A stretch of DNA of 64,000 bases from a virus. The stretch covers positions 6,896 to 70,895 of the IMG/VR virus record IMGVR_UViG_3300036944_000508. One strand, written 5' to 3'. How positions within the stretch are numbered: the stretch's first letter is position 1; every line of letters begins with the position of its first letter. Shown here in pieces: positions 8,772 through 17,846 of this stretch. Made by a program: the position numbers and the translations under genes. The notes beneath the pieces are model-generated. The model ran no database searches and had not been told where the DNA came from. It saw nothing but the letters and a program-made list of their open reading frames with translations.

Positions 8772-9385
8772 GCCTTTTTCCAACAAGTCCATACTGCTTC
8801 TTGAAAATCTTCAGTTAAAACTGGTTCAAGATTGTTAGTTTCCACTGCCATGGCAATGTCTTTATACTGGATTTCACACCAGTTCCACACGTTCTCACGT
8901 ATGTATGCACGGTACATTGCCTCATCATAGGAATAATCATGTGCCATGATTATATCACCAGACTTCAACATCTTAGAGAAAACATCGAATTCCTTGATTT
9001 TGTTTCCCCCATCACATAGGACAAGAACCTGCCCTTTTCCAGAGATATAATCTTCTACGGTTTCATAATCATCGAATACGCTCTTGATGTTTACCGAAAT
9101 ATTATTCTCTTCGAGGACCGCTTTGTGCTTAGTTTCTAATACATCATAGGTAATAATCTCGGCATCTGTTAAATCCCTCACTGCACGGATAAAACCACCA
9201 GTTGCGGTACCTATCTCTAACACACGAACAATATTCTCCTGTGCAAAGAGTTTCTCAAATGCTGGGTAAAAGTTCTTATTTTGTTGGGTAAAGATACCTT
9301 TGTATAGACCACCACCCCATTTGTGGTTCCATAATGGAAACTCATTGACAGGGTCAAATGCTTCACTTGGTATTCTAAATGCCAT
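8768..9385 (-). CDS. Class I SAM-dependent methyltransferase
   Basis: VLEIGTATGG motif I, CDGG, AHDY. Confidence 0.75.
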   Translation of the reverse strand: MAFRIPSEAFDPVNEFPLWNHKWGGGLYKGIFTQQNKNFYPAFEKLFAQENIVRVLEIGTATGGFIRAVRDLTDAEIITYDVLETKHKAVLEENNISVNIKSVFDDYETVEDYISGKGQVLVLCDGGNKIKEFDVFSKMLKSGDIIMAHDYSYDEAMYRAYIRENVWNWCEIQYKDIAMAVETNNLEPVLTEDFQEAVWTCWKKA

Positions 9386-9693
9386 TACATGAAATCTCTA
9401 TATTGTTTGCGAATGCTTGCATAATCTGTTTCTTTTTCCACATCAGTTGCAAACGTTGTAATTGCATTTTTCCAATCATCTTTTGGCATGACTGTTGTAA
9501 GAATATCCTTAGAAAGAATCTGCAATACAGAACCCAGTGCAATCATTTCTTCTTCGTCATCACAATATAGGATTGTTTCTTTAATGTAGTCACTGACATC
9601 TTCCATCAGAGCCATGCGTTTCTGCTGCCTCTCTTGGAAGTTAAGTCTCAATTTGGGTTCTTTAACAGGTTCAATCATAAACTTATTTATCAT
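9385..9693 (-). CDS. hypothetical protein
   Basis: Coupled ORF. Confidence 0.6.
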   Translation of the reverse strand: MINKFMIEPVKEPKLRLNFQERQQKRMALMEDVSDYIKETILYCDDEEEMIALGSVLQILSKDILTTVMPKDDWKNAITTFATDVEKETDYASIRKQYRDFM

Positions 9694-9878
9694 GATTGGA
9701 TGCGACCCAATCTGTGAATAAGGTTAGAAATAACTACCACATCTGGATGCGGGTCTCGTTCACTGACACCTTCTGTTCGCATGCACTCAATAAGATATGA
9801 GTGCAATGCACGTTTAATAACAGGATAATCTGCTGGTGCAAATGTTCCGCCTTTTGATTCTTTAACCATTAGTCCCAT
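9690..9878 (-). CDS. hypothetical protein
   Basis: Coupled ORF. Confidence 0.55.
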   Translation of the reverse strand: MGLMVKESKGGTFAPADYPVIKRALHSYLIECMRTEGVSERDPHPDVVVISNLIHRLGRIQS

Positions 9879-10432
9879 AGTCCTTGATAATATTTTCCAA
9901 ACAATAATATACCATTATCGATACGCTGCAGGTGTGCGCGATGTGCATCTCTGTTATACACAGAGTCTTTCATGAAGCGATCATTAAAAACACCACCACA
10001 GTTTTCATCAATGGTCTGTTCGAACGCCCAGATCATCTCGTCAATTACCCACTCCCACCGCTTATGGTGGTTGTCATCGACATCCCATTCATTCTCCTTT
10101 GCTGGTGCAGAGGTTGAGCGAAGTTCTTCGGGAACATCTTCATCTGCAACGAACGGAGAACCATGCTTGGTCTCTTTGAGTTGCTTTAGCATAGGCACAA
10201 TGATCAGACCAAGAGTGTGGTCCATACTCCATGTGTCATATGGGTCGATTCGAATCTCGACCTTCCTCTCATTGAAAAACCAACGAGATACTCTGGTAAT
10301 AGGTGTATGTTTATCCAACCATTCCCCTAGTGCAAAAACTGCATCATCGTCCTTGTCCTTCCAGAACAGAATCTTTTCTGCAATCTGGTATGGACCGAAC
10401 CAACGTGGATATGGTCCAATATTAATCTTCAC
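9869..10432 (-). CDS. conserved phage hypothetical protein
   Basis: DTWSMDHTL...LFGKYY.GLWD motif recalled from phage proteins. Confidence 0.65.
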   Translation of the reverse strand: MKINIGPYPRWFGPYQIAEKILFWKDKDDDAVFALGEWLDKHTPITRVSRWFFNERKVEIRIDPYDTWSMDHTLGLIIVPMLKQLKETKHGSPFVADEDVPEELRSTSAPAKENEWDVDDNHHKRWEWVIDEMIWAFEQTIDENCGGVFNDRFMKDSVYNRDAHRAHLQRIDNGILLFGKYYQGLWD

Positions 10433-10599
10433 GAGAATTCTTCGAAAGTTCGGTCAGATATGCATCTTGTCCCCAGTCAAGTGGAATGTCCATATCATCG
10501 AGTGATTGCACGATCTTGGTGATACCATATACTGCAAATGCTGCAATCCCGAACACTGCCGCATATGGAATTGCTTCAATCATCTTATGTTTAATGTCA

Positions 10600-10845
10600 T
10601 CAGACTTCATCGCCGTAAACCTTTTTAAGTTGCTCGGGTGTGGCAAACCAGTTGATCAATGTATTCAGAGACTCGATGTGTTTTTGAATCTCGATATCAT
10701 CTGCTTCCTGATCACCATATACAAACACATGATTGTTTGCACCAAGATCGCCGAGAAATGCATCACGAGATCTGATAAGTTCTTCTACGACCATTGTATC
10801 GAATTGATCATTGGTAAGTGTTACTTCCACTTTATGCATCTTCAT
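10600..10845 (-). CDS. hypothetical protein
   Basis: Coupled ORF. Confidence 0.55.
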   Translation of the reverse strand: MKMHKVEVTLTNDQFDTMVVEELIRSRDAFLGDLGANNHVFVYGDQEADDIEIQKHIESLNTLINWFATPEQLKKVYGDEV

Positions 10846-11233
10846 TCACCTTCTTATATCGATTATAACTGCCATCCGCCTCGACTACCATAATTTCGTC
10901 AAGATTTTGCGCCATCACACGTTGCTCGCCATCTGCTATGATGTGTCCATGATCGCGAAGTTTGCGCATCACAGCATTAGCGATCCCAAACTTGTTACGA
11001 TTGGTATCCACTGCTTCCTCTACTGCATCAGCGCATGCCTCATACAGTTCTTTGGGAAGTTCCCAAGAGTGATCAACGTAAGAACCTGGAGTCAAACTAC
11101 CAGCACGGCGAAGGTATGATTGCCCACCATCGACAGAGATAGCGCCGCATGTGCAAGTCACAAAGTCATGGCGATGCTTGGAGACAATGAAGTCGCCACA
11201 AGCAAGACATGTTACTGCATTCTGAATAATCAT
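10832..11233 (-). CDS. Zn-binding phage protein
   Basis: CxxC...HRHDF..CxCG...VDGG..YLRR. Confidence 0.65.
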   Translation of the reverse strand: MIIQNAVTCLACGDFIVSKHRHDFVTCTCGAISVDGGQSYLRRAGSLTPGSYVDHSWELPKELYEACADAVEEAVDTNRNKFGIANAVMRKLRDHGHIIADGEQRVMAQNLDEIMVVEADGSYNRYKKVNEDA

Positions 11234-11511
11234 TCCGAATCTCCATATTCCAACACATTCACGAAATCCAGTTTCTGGTCTTCGTCCCAGTCTTTCAGAT
11301 AAACATTATCCTCGTCAAACATGCGAAGATACTCTGCCGTATCAATCTCACGAGTAGATGTAATCATCTCATCGACGTGAAGTTGCGAGAACTCTTTAAA
11401 ATCATCACCAACGCACATCGTTACTTCATCTCTGGCATGTGATTCATTCTTTGCCTCTACGACATACCGCATGCGGAATACACTGACAGTTTCAACAAGA
11501 TATTTTGGCAT
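11230..11511 (-). CDS. conserved T4-like hypothetical protein
   Basis: KYLVETVSVFRMRYVVE motif, coupled ORF. Confidence 0.6.
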   Translation of the reverse strand: MPKYLVETVSVFRMRYVVEAKNESHARDEVTMCVGDDFKEFSQLHVDEMITSTREIDTAEYLRMFDEDNVYLKDWDEDQKLDFVNVLEYGDSE

Positions 11512-11680
11512 TAATTCAACTTTCCATCATAAGTTCGCAACCATGGTTGCCCAATAACATACTTTGCTTCGAGGTCATCAGCAACCTTGTGCCAATAATC
11601 CTTGAACCATTTATTATTAGCATTATACGCTATTTGGCGGCATTTGTCAATAGATTTAAACATCATTGCATAATTAATCA

Positions 11681-12241
11681 TTAAAATTCTCCATGAGACC
11701 AAGAAACTAAACTATAGCGAACACCCGACTTGACTGGGTCAACTTTGTGATGAACATAAGAAGGGAAGAAAATAACATCACCTGCATTAAATAGAAAACT
11801 GTATCTGTTACCCGTATACCATAATGCAAGTTTACCACCAGTAAAATCATCATTGAGCAGTGTTATGCATGATAGTTTGCGAACAGGTTTTTTGTCTAAA
11901 TCTTTTACATCTGCATTCCATATGGTGTCAGTATGTTTTTCAAATTTACCACCATTGTCATATTGAATAAAGTGATTTTCTTTGGCGTATTGAGAGATGT
12001 TAATCTTAAAATAGTTCTCATTAGCGAATTTAGATATTTCACGAACCTTTTCAACCACAGGATTGTTGTGATTGATGTTGACTTGTTTAGACTCACGAAT
12101 ATCTTTATCATACCTATCAATGTTCGCAGAACTTAACCCGCTGTCGCGTAGTGGTTTTTGTTTCTGTTCTTCAATGAATCCTGAGAGATCTTCAAACACA
12201 TTGCGAAACACAATGGAGTTATGTAAAACCTCAAACTTCAT
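11681..12241 (-). CDS. 2OG-Fe(II) oxygenase (PKHD type)
   Basis: KHTD...RKLS...F.GG.L...FPSY..H.V.PV..G.RYSLV.W. Confidence 0.9.
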   Translation of the reverse strand: MKFEVLHNSIVFRNVFEDLSGFIEEQKQKPLRDSGLSSANIDRYDKDIRESKQVNINHNNPVVEKVREISKFANENYFKINISQYAKENHFIQYDNGGKFEKHTDTIWNADVKDLDKKPVRKLSCITLLNDDFTGGKLALWYTGNRYSFLFNAGDVIFFPSYVHHKVDPVKSGVRYSLVSWSHGEF

Positions 12242-12657
12242 ACCAATTGTAATTCCACACCTGCTTCTTGGAACATGGTCTTTGTAATATCCCAGTTGAA
12301 CCCCTCGCCACTTCGAGTAGGTCTATATGTAACAACCTTCTTGATACCACGTTGAATGATGCTCTTGGCACATTCATTACAAGGCAGTAGTGCTACATAC
12401 ATCGTGCAACCCTCGACTGAATGCGGGGAGTTGTCTAGTGCATTTCGTTCAGCATGTGCAACAAACAGATGTTTCGTGGGTCTATCTCGGTAACGGAATG
12501 GATCATCATTAACACCACGTGGAAATCCATTGTATCCAACAGAGAGAATGCGATTGCGGTCGTCTACAATGACACAACCTACCTTGGTGTTTGGGTCATA
12601 AGACCACGTTGAGATGTGGTCTGCGAGTTCCATGAATCGCTTGTCCCACTTATTCAT
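12238..12657 (-). CDS. cd: dCMP deaminase
   Basis: GYNG, HAERNA, PCNEC Zn motifs. Confidence 0.93.
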   Translation of the reverse strand: MNKWDKRFMELADHISTWSYDPNTKVGCVIVDDRNRILSVGYNGFPRGVNDDPFRYRDRPTKHLFVAHAERNALDNSPHSVEGCTMYVALLPCNECAKSIIQRGIKKVVTYRPTRSGEGFNWDITKTMFQEAGVELQLV

Positions 12658-13070
12658 TTCTTTTTCTCTGCTTGAATAATGCGTTCGCGCAAACCAGAAG
12701 AACTGTAGTCATGCTTCCTAGAAAGAAACTTTACTTGAAGGTCTAAACCATATCCAGTATAATCTGTACGGTGAAAATAGTCATCACCGAGGAATCGAAC
12801 ATCCCAATCATATCCAGTCAACAGGTTCAGTAGATCTGCTTCTGTGTCATATGGAATTATCTGATCAACATACCTACATGCATTGACCTGAACATAACGC
12901 TCAAATAAATTCTGCACAGGTTTGTTCTTCTCAGGGCGGTCAAGAGTAGGGTCAGACTGCAGTGCTACTACAAGTCGATCGCAATACTCTTTTGCTTCAC
13001 ATAGCGCCAAAACATGACCTGCATGAAACAGGTCAAAACTACTGGCAATAATACCAACACGTTCAGTCAT
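12654..13070 (-). CDS. tagD: Glycerol-3-phosphate cytidylyltransferase-like protein
   Basis: FDLFHAGH, RPEKNKP, SSSGLR; start taken at MTERV. Confidence 0.8.
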   Translation of the reverse strand: MTERVGIIASSFDLFHAGHVLALCEAKEYCDRLVVALQSDPTLDRPEKNKPVQNLFERYVQVNACRYVDQIIPYDTEADLLNLLTGYDWDVRFLGDDYFHRTDYTGYGLDLQVKFLSRKHDYSSSGLRERIIQAEKKK

Positions 13071-13275
13071 AATCAACACCTTCATCTTGTTTGCGACCCA
13101 TGTAGTGATCATCGCTTACGCAATGAAACTGTGCCTGAAGACTGCTGTTGACAATGGTGCGAGTCACCTCACCTGCAAACTGAAAACACTGCTCTTTGCT
13201 GGCGGTCTCATAGACATCCTTTGCTACGAACTCGCCTTCAGCGGTAAACAGATATACAATCAACCAAAAACTCAT
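13063..13275 (-). CDS. hypothetical protein
   Basis: Coupled ORF. Confidence 0.55.
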   Translation of the reverse strand: MSFWLIVYLFTAEGEFVAKDVYETASKEQCFQFAGEVTRTIVNSSLQAQFHCVSDDHYMGRKQDEGVDYD

Positions 13276-13607
13276 ACTATAACTCCTACAATGAGAATAC
13301 CAACTACGAATGCATTTACTGCCATCAATGCTTTATCCTTCATGGCGATAGCAGCCCATCCCCACAGTCCAGCACCAGCGATAGAGATCAACAGATCTGC
13401 CGTGTGAAAATCAAACGCACGACAGGTCGCTGCGACGATGACACATGCAGTACCTGTCCATTTAATTGTTTCAAGAATATTAGTCACGCTGATAATTCTC
13501 CAACTGAGTGAAACCAAACGAAGCACAACGGAACAGTTTACCGTCAACGTCAAGAATGTCACCGACTGACATCGAGGAGCAGGAACCGAGTTTCTCGACC
13601 GTAGCAC
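13272..13607 (-). CDS. small membrane protein (true start probably near 13487)
   Basis: C-terminal three hydrophobic helices; the 5' part overlaps the upstream gene. Confidence 0.45.
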   Translation of the reverse strand: MLRSRNSVPAPRCQSVTFLTLTVNCSVVLRLVSLSWRIISVTNILETIKWTGTACVIVAATCRAFDFHTADLLISIAGAGLWGWAAIAMKDKALMAVNAFVVGILIVGVIV

Positions 13608-13845
13608 CTTCCCAAAGATTCATGGCAGCAAACGCTTCTTCCATATCAGCGGTATCAACGTTAGCAACATGGGTGTAGTACTGGAAATTCTCTGCTTTGA
13701 AAGTTCCTTCAAACGAACGATCAAAGTATGCCTTGATGCGGGGAGACGTTTCGCCACTGTTGACAGCGGTAACTTCAACGTCAGTCAACTGGATTTGGTA
13801 AACTTTAATCATTTTCACATTTCCTTTTCTCATCTTATATTTCAT
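13480..13845 (-). CDS. early hypothetical protein (YodL-like SMSVGDI motif); likely start MIKVY
   Basis: SMSVGDI motif; lies behind a promoter. Confidence 0.6.
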   Translation of the reverse strand: MKYKMRKGNVKMIKVYQIQLTDVEVTAVNSGETSPRIKAYFDRSFEGTFKAENFQYYTHVANVDTADMEEAFAAMNLWEGATVEKLGSCSSMSVGDILDVDGKLFRCASFGFTQLENYQRD

Positions 13846-13872
13846 TCTACCCTAAAAATGAGAAAATGTCAA
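13844..13872 (-). promoter_or_regulatory. sigma70-type early promoter
   Basis: GGGGCTTGACA-N17-TAGAAT. Confidence 0.8.
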
Positions 13873-13881
13873 GCCCCTAAA

Positions 13882-14199
13882 TCATCCAATTAGCGATCCA
13901 CCTGCTTTTTTTCTGATTTTATCTACAGCATCGCGAGTCTTTACATCCTTGGTGGATTTAGAACCATATTCATTTGCAAGAGGAGAGTTGGGATTGGCAT
14001 CAGCGACGCGAGACATGACTTCCTTGAAGTGATCAGGAACCTTACCTCCGCCATCAGAACCAGGAGCATGTAAGAAGTTAATCTTCTTGTAGAGAATCTT
14101 GACAGTTCCATCATTCGTAAGTTCTTTCATGTCATCATATGACATGGTTTGTTCCCACTCATCACCTGTTGCTGTGTTTATAAAATCATATACTGGCAT
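13882..14199 (-). CDS. FmdB-like T4-phage protein
   Basis: MPVYDF.N..TGDEWE start typical of the T4-like FmdB-type family. Confidence 0.55.
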   Translation of the reverse strand: MPVYDFINTATGDEWEQTMSYDDMKELTNDGTVKILYKKINFLHAPGSDGGGKVPDHFKEVMSRVADANPNSPLANEYGSKSTKDVKTRDAVDKIRKKAGGSLIG

Positions 14200-14237
14200 C
14201 GGTCAACCTTTGTTGTTATCATAATAATACTTATAAC

Positions 14238-14311
14238 TGGTAGCCCCGAGCGGTTTCGATCCGCCTTCTCGTCAGTGAAAGTGACGTGTCCTAGCCAGTA
14301 GACGACGGGGC
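14238..14311 (-). tRNA. tRNA-Glu(TTC)
   Basis: Cloverleaf, loop CTTTCAC, CCA end. Confidence 0.92.
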
Positions 14312-14318
14312 CATAAAT

Positions 14319-14999
14319 TTATGGTAACTGCGTATGAATGTCCAACCCAGTTACTTCTTTCCATTGTTTTTCAAAGTACTGCAATATTGTATCGATGTTC
14401 TTTTCTACTCTATCTAAATTTTTTATCAAATTTAAACGACTCATCGAATGTTGCTCGTTTAGAGTAATTTGCGACTTATCAAAAAATTCTTCTGGTAAAG
14501 TTTCAAATGTTACCAATCGAGATGATTTAGGATAAAATCGCAAGAAAGATTCGAAAATAAACTCAACATTAGCGAATTCATTGTCATAAATTAGTATCTC
14601 CTTCGCTTCTTTCTCGACACCCTTCCAATGACCAAAATACTGAGCGAGCAGAATTGATAATATTATCTCTCTTGGATTTCTTATTAACGTGAAAATTTCA
14701 TGAGATGTTTTTGCTGCTTCAAACCATGCTCTTGCATCATGATATTGCACCAAATCGCGACCAAATATTTTCACAACAGCATCAGAGCGATTCATTTCCC
14801 CTAATACTGCATGCCAATTTCCGGATTCTCGAAAATCATTTAGAGTGCGAATCCTAGATAAAACATCCTTTTTATTTTCATCATAATTGCGAATATTATG
14901 AAACGCAAATGGTTCATTTACTTTTACTGGTCTTCTGCATGCTTGCATTGCCGCTGTGCTTCGAGTTCTTGGCATGCCATATATTATAACAGGTTTCAT
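14319..14999 (-). CDS. Sulfotransferase-like protein
   Basis: GMPRTRST 5'-PSB-like loop and RNP...S 3'-PB motif. Confidence 0.6.
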   Translation of the reverse strand: MKPVIIYGMPRTRSTAAMQACRRPVKVNEPFAFHNIRNYDENKKDVLSRIRTLNDFRESGNWHAVLGEMNRSDAVVKIFGRDLVQYHDARAWFEAAKTSHEIFTLIRNPREIILSILLAQYFGHWKGVEKEAKEILIYDNEFANVEFIFESFLRFYPKSSRLVTFETLPEEFFDKSQITLNEQHSMSRLNLIKNLDRVEKNIDTILQYFEKQWKEVTGLDIHTQLP

Positions 15000-15018
15000 G
15001 TAGTTATTTATTTACTAT

Positions 15019-15255
15019 TCAGAGACCAATAGCAGTGCGATATGTCTCGAGAATCATATCTTCTTCCTGCCGAACATGCGCTTCCTTTTTGCGGAGACGA
15101 ATAATTTGGCGAGTTGCCTTGACATCGTAACCTTCGCTCTTAACATCAGCGTAAATTTGTTTACGGTCTAGTTTCTTGGCATCAATTTCTTGTTCAATGG
15201 TTTCGATACGCTCAACCAACAAACGATACTTATCAATTGCAATAACATCAGTCAT
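15019..15255 (-). CDS. gapR: GapR (DUF2312) nucleoid-associated protein
   Basis: VERIE..E.E...IYA..K..GYD.KA.RQII.LRK...RQEE..ILETY..A.G. Confidence 0.9.
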   Translation of the reverse strand: MTDVIAIDKYRLLVERIETIEQEIDAKKLDRKQIYADVKSEGYDVKATRQIIRLRKKEAHVRQEEDMILETYRTAIGL

Positions 15256-15274
15256 AATATACTTCCTTTAAAAA

Positions 15275-15352
15275 TGGAGCGCCGAGTCGGATTCGAACCG
15301 ACGACTGTAAGGATTTGCAATCCTTTGCATTTGACCGCTCTGCCATCGGCGC
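15275..15352 (-). tRNA. tRNA-Cys(GCA)
   Basis: Cloverleaf, U73, CCA. Confidence 0.93.
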
Positions 15353-15355
15353 ATT

Positions 15356-15427
15356 TGGTACCAGCAGTAGGTAACGCTCCTACCAAACCAACCTTATGAG
15401 AGTCGGTCGTGCACTTACACTGCTGGC
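15356..15427 (-). tRNA. Atypical tRNA(CAT), Met-like
   Basis: 7 bp acceptor plus ACCA, loop CTCATAA; shrunken D arm and T loop AGCGTTA. Confidence 0.7.
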
Positions 15428-15429
15428 AT

Positions 15430-15505
15430 TGGTGCGAATAACAGGAATTGAACCTGTGACCTTTCCCTTATCAGGGGAATGCTCTACCATCTGAGCTATA
15501 TTCGC
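15430..15505 (-). tRNA. tRNA-Ile(GAT)
   Basis: Canonical cloverleaf. Confidence 0.95.
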
Positions 15506-15509
15506 AAAT

Positions 15510-15585
15510 TGGTAGGAGCAGTGGGACTCGAACCCACACTGGAGGGATTTTAAGTCCCTTGTCTCTGCCATTGGACTATGCTCCC
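15510..15585 (-). tRNA. tRNA-Leu(TAA), short variable arm
   Basis: Loop CTTAAAA, 76 nt, CCA. Confidence 0.9.
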
Positions 15586-15586
15586 A

Positions 15587-15664
15587 TGGGGTGGAAGACG
15601 GGACTTGAACCCGCGACATTCGGTACCACAAACCGACGCTCTAACCAACTGAGCTACAACCACC
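15587..15664 (-). tRNA. tRNA-His(GTG)
   Basis: G-1 and C73 present, loop TTGTGGT. Confidence 0.92.
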
Positions 15665-15665
15665 A

Positions 15666-15752
15666 TGGCGGAAGGTGTGGGAGTCGAACCCACTCAACCG
15701 TTTCTGGTTGACGCATTAGCAGTGCGTTGCATTACCGTCCTGCCCACCTTCC
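15666..15752 (-). tRNA. tRNA-Ser(GCT)
   Basis: Long variable arm, G73. Confidence 0.93.
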
Positions 15753-15906
15753 GCATATAATCTATTCCATCGATTTTTAGATCCAAAGAGTTTTGCTTTA
15801 GATAATTCGATATCTCTTTCTAACATAACAATTTTGGCTGCCAATTTAGATTGCTCACCATCCATGTGTTTTGGTATCAAAAAGTTCATAACAAATTCCT
15901 TTAAAA

Positions 15907-15982
15907 TGGTGGACACTCTGGGGTTCGAACCCAGGACCTACAGGTTAAAAGCCCGTTGCTCTACCTACTGAGCTAAGTGTCC
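15907..15982 (-). tRNA. tRNA-Lys(TTT)
   Basis: Canonical cloverleaf. Confidence 0.95.
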
Positions 15983-15988
15983 TAAACT

Positions 15989-16063
15989 TGGTAGACGAGG
16001 AGGGACTCGAACCCCCAACCAAACCGTTATGAGCGGTCGGCTCTACCATTGAGCTACTCGTCT
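15989..16063 (-). tRNA. tRNA(CAT), probably Ile2 (lysidine type)
   Basis: GACCGCTCATAACGGT anticodon arm resembles alphaproteobacterial tRNA-Ile2; no initiator features. Confidence 0.8.
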
Positions 16064-16244
16064 ATATGTAGACCCGAACGCGATCGGAATCTGCAGGAGC
16101 ACCGACTACTCGACGCTCTATGTAGTGACGATCGACGAACCGATCCGTCACGACTGCGGCACGTGCATCATCCTCAGATGCATACACGCCCAACAGTAAC
16201 GAACCTTCGTAATCAAACTCAGCTAATAATGCAAAAACTTCCAT
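16062..16244 (-). CDS. small early hypothetical protein inside the tRNA array
   Basis: GAAAGGAA RBS and its own promoter. Confidence 0.6.
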   Translation of the reverse strand: MEVFALLAEFDYEGSLLLGVYASEDDARAAVVTDRFVDRHYIERRVVGAPADSDRVRVYI

Positions 16245-16271
16245 AACAAATTCCTTTCAATCAATATTCTC

Positions 16272-16300
16272 ACTATACCGCGAAACGAAGAAATTGTCAA
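16272..16300 (-). promoter_or_regulatory. sigma70-type early promoter
   Basis: GGGCTTGACA-N17-TATAGT. Confidence 0.85.
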
Positions 16301-16312
16301 GCCCTAAAATAA

Positions 16313-16346
16313 AAAAAGTGCCAAGTTTTTTTCCTTGGCACTTTTT
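16313..16346. terminator. Intrinsic terminator, probably bidirectional
   Basis: AAAAAGTGCCAAG / CTTGGCACTTTTT inverted repeat with T tracts on both strands. Confidence 0.75.
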
Positions 16347-16350
16347 ATTA

Positions 16351-16440
<90 letters not shown>

Positions 16441-16445
16441 TAATC

Positions 16446-16521
16446 TGGATGCCCTACCACGACTCGAACGTGGAACCTTCTGAATCAAAATCAGACGTGC
16501 TGCCAATTGCACCATAGGGCA
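16446..16521 (-). tRNA. tRNA-Gln(TTG)
   Basis: Cloverleaf, U1-A72. Confidence 0.92.
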
Positions 16522-16522
16522 C

Positions 16523-16597
16523 TGGTACAGGATGACGGGATTGAACCGCCGACCGCCTCGGTGTAAACGAGATGCTCTACCGCTGAGCTAATCCTGC
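16523..16597 (-). tRNA. tRNA-Val(TAC)
   Basis: Canonical cloverleaf. Confidence 0.95.
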
Positions 16598-16600
16598 AAA

Positions 16601-17041
16601 TTAATGTCTTACCACGTGATCAGCAGCATGTGTTGCTGCAAACGAGTTCGGTTTGATTACCGCATCAAGACCCGTAGTTCCCTTAACATACCCCAGTGCT
16701 TCTTTAACAGCAATGTTAGATTTATGCTTAGGATCTGGATTGATGTCAAGATGGATTTCTAGATGCCGTTTGCCAATTACATCAACAATTTCCGTTGCTG
16801 CTTCGATGGCAAATCCTGCTTCGGTAATTAGACGTTGCCGTAAGTTACCAAAATCGCGCATCTCTACGTTTCTAGAGAATATTTTACCACCATGCTTAGA
16901 ATCCATGTGAAGAATAATAACAGTGGAATACTTAGCATACCACTCACCACTACGTTTCTTGAACCGTATTGAATCGGCACCGATATAAACAGATGATGTT
17001 TCACTTGAATTTAAAATTGCTTCTCGTGCTTCATCATACAT
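16601..17041 (-). CDS. RNase H-like YkuK/DUF458 family protein
   Basis: VYIGADS, RL..E, EIHLDIN, IKP..FAA..AAD. Confidence 0.8.
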   Translation of the reverse strand: MYDEAREAILNSSETSSVYIGADSIRFKKRSGEWYAKYSTVIILHMDSKHGGKIFSRNVEMRDFGNLRQRLITEAGFAIEAATEIVDVIGKRHLEIHLDINPDPKHKSNIAVKEALGYVKGTTGLDAVIKPNSFAATHAADHVVRH

Positions 17042-17052
17042 ATGTCACTTTG

Positions 17053-17727
17053 TCAACTCCATGTTTTATCATAGTTAAACATATTTCTTTCGGAAATATG
17101 TTTCTTTATTTCTTTGAAATTTTCTATATCAGAATAATTTATCTGAGTTGGGAAATTATTAATATTTATTAATTTTGACCAGTCAGAAAAACTTTCCGAG
17201 TCAAATTCCCTGTTATTTTCCACAACATATTTAATATACAATTTACTGGCAGGCCAGAACCATGTAAGAGTCGAATTGCATCTCTTGGCAATTTCTCTGG
17301 ATCTCTCGATTATTTCTGCTGCTGATTCTTTCTCATAATGATCCATGAACAAACAATCACAAGTTATATTTTCTAGAGAATCTGCATCTTTACAGATAAT
17401 TTGTATCTTATCCAATGCAATCGGCGAGGTTTTCATGAGTATTTTGAATAGATCAATCATATCTTGATTCTTTTCATAAACTATAACTTCTGTCACTTCT
17501 GACTTCATCGCCAACAAAGTCTGGACGATACCCATTCCTAAACCAGTCGTAACACAAACTCCACTGGCATGTTCTATTTCGAAAAATTGTTCTCTCGCTT
17601 GTATCTCAGTTCTTGGATCAAGTGACATCCATTCTTTGCCATCATATTTTAAAGAAAACCCTCTAAGAGTATATGATAATTCTGCTTTACCAACTTCAAC
17701 AGGAAAATATTTTATAGGAAGAAACAT
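17053..17727 (-). CDS. SAM-binding methyltransferase / spermidine-synthase-like fold
   Basis: TGLGMG, V.VYEK, I..KDA motifs. Confidence 0.6.
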   Translation of the reverse strand: MFLPIKYFPVEVGKAELSYTLRGFSLKYDGKEWMSLDPRTEIQAREQFFEIEHASGVCVTTGLGMGIVQTLLAMKSEVTEVIVYEKNQDMIDLFKILMKTSPIALDKIQIICKDADSLENITCDCLFMDHYEKESAAEIIERSREIAKRCNSTLTWFWPASKLYIKYVVENNREFDSESFSDWSKLININNFPTQINYSDIENFKEIKKHISERNMFNYDKTWS

Positions 17728-17748
17728 TATTATTTACCTGTTTAAAAA

Positions 17749-17822
17749 TGGCGAAGGTGGGGAGAGTCGAACTCCCGCTTGCGGTTTTGGAGACCGCCGT
17801 GCTACCGTAACACTTCACCGAC
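17749..17822 (-). tRNA. tRNA-Trp(CCA)
   Basis: Loop CTCCAAA; two acceptor-stem mismatches. Confidence 0.85.
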
Positions 17823-17846
17823 AAAATACTAGTACCATATTTCCCT

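Noticed and set aside
15380-15916. Minus-strand ORFs 15380..15631 and 15716..15916
   Set aside because: The first lies entirely over tRNA genes. The second overlaps tRNA-Ser and tRNA-Lys at its ends; a short central ORF may be real but cannot be supported
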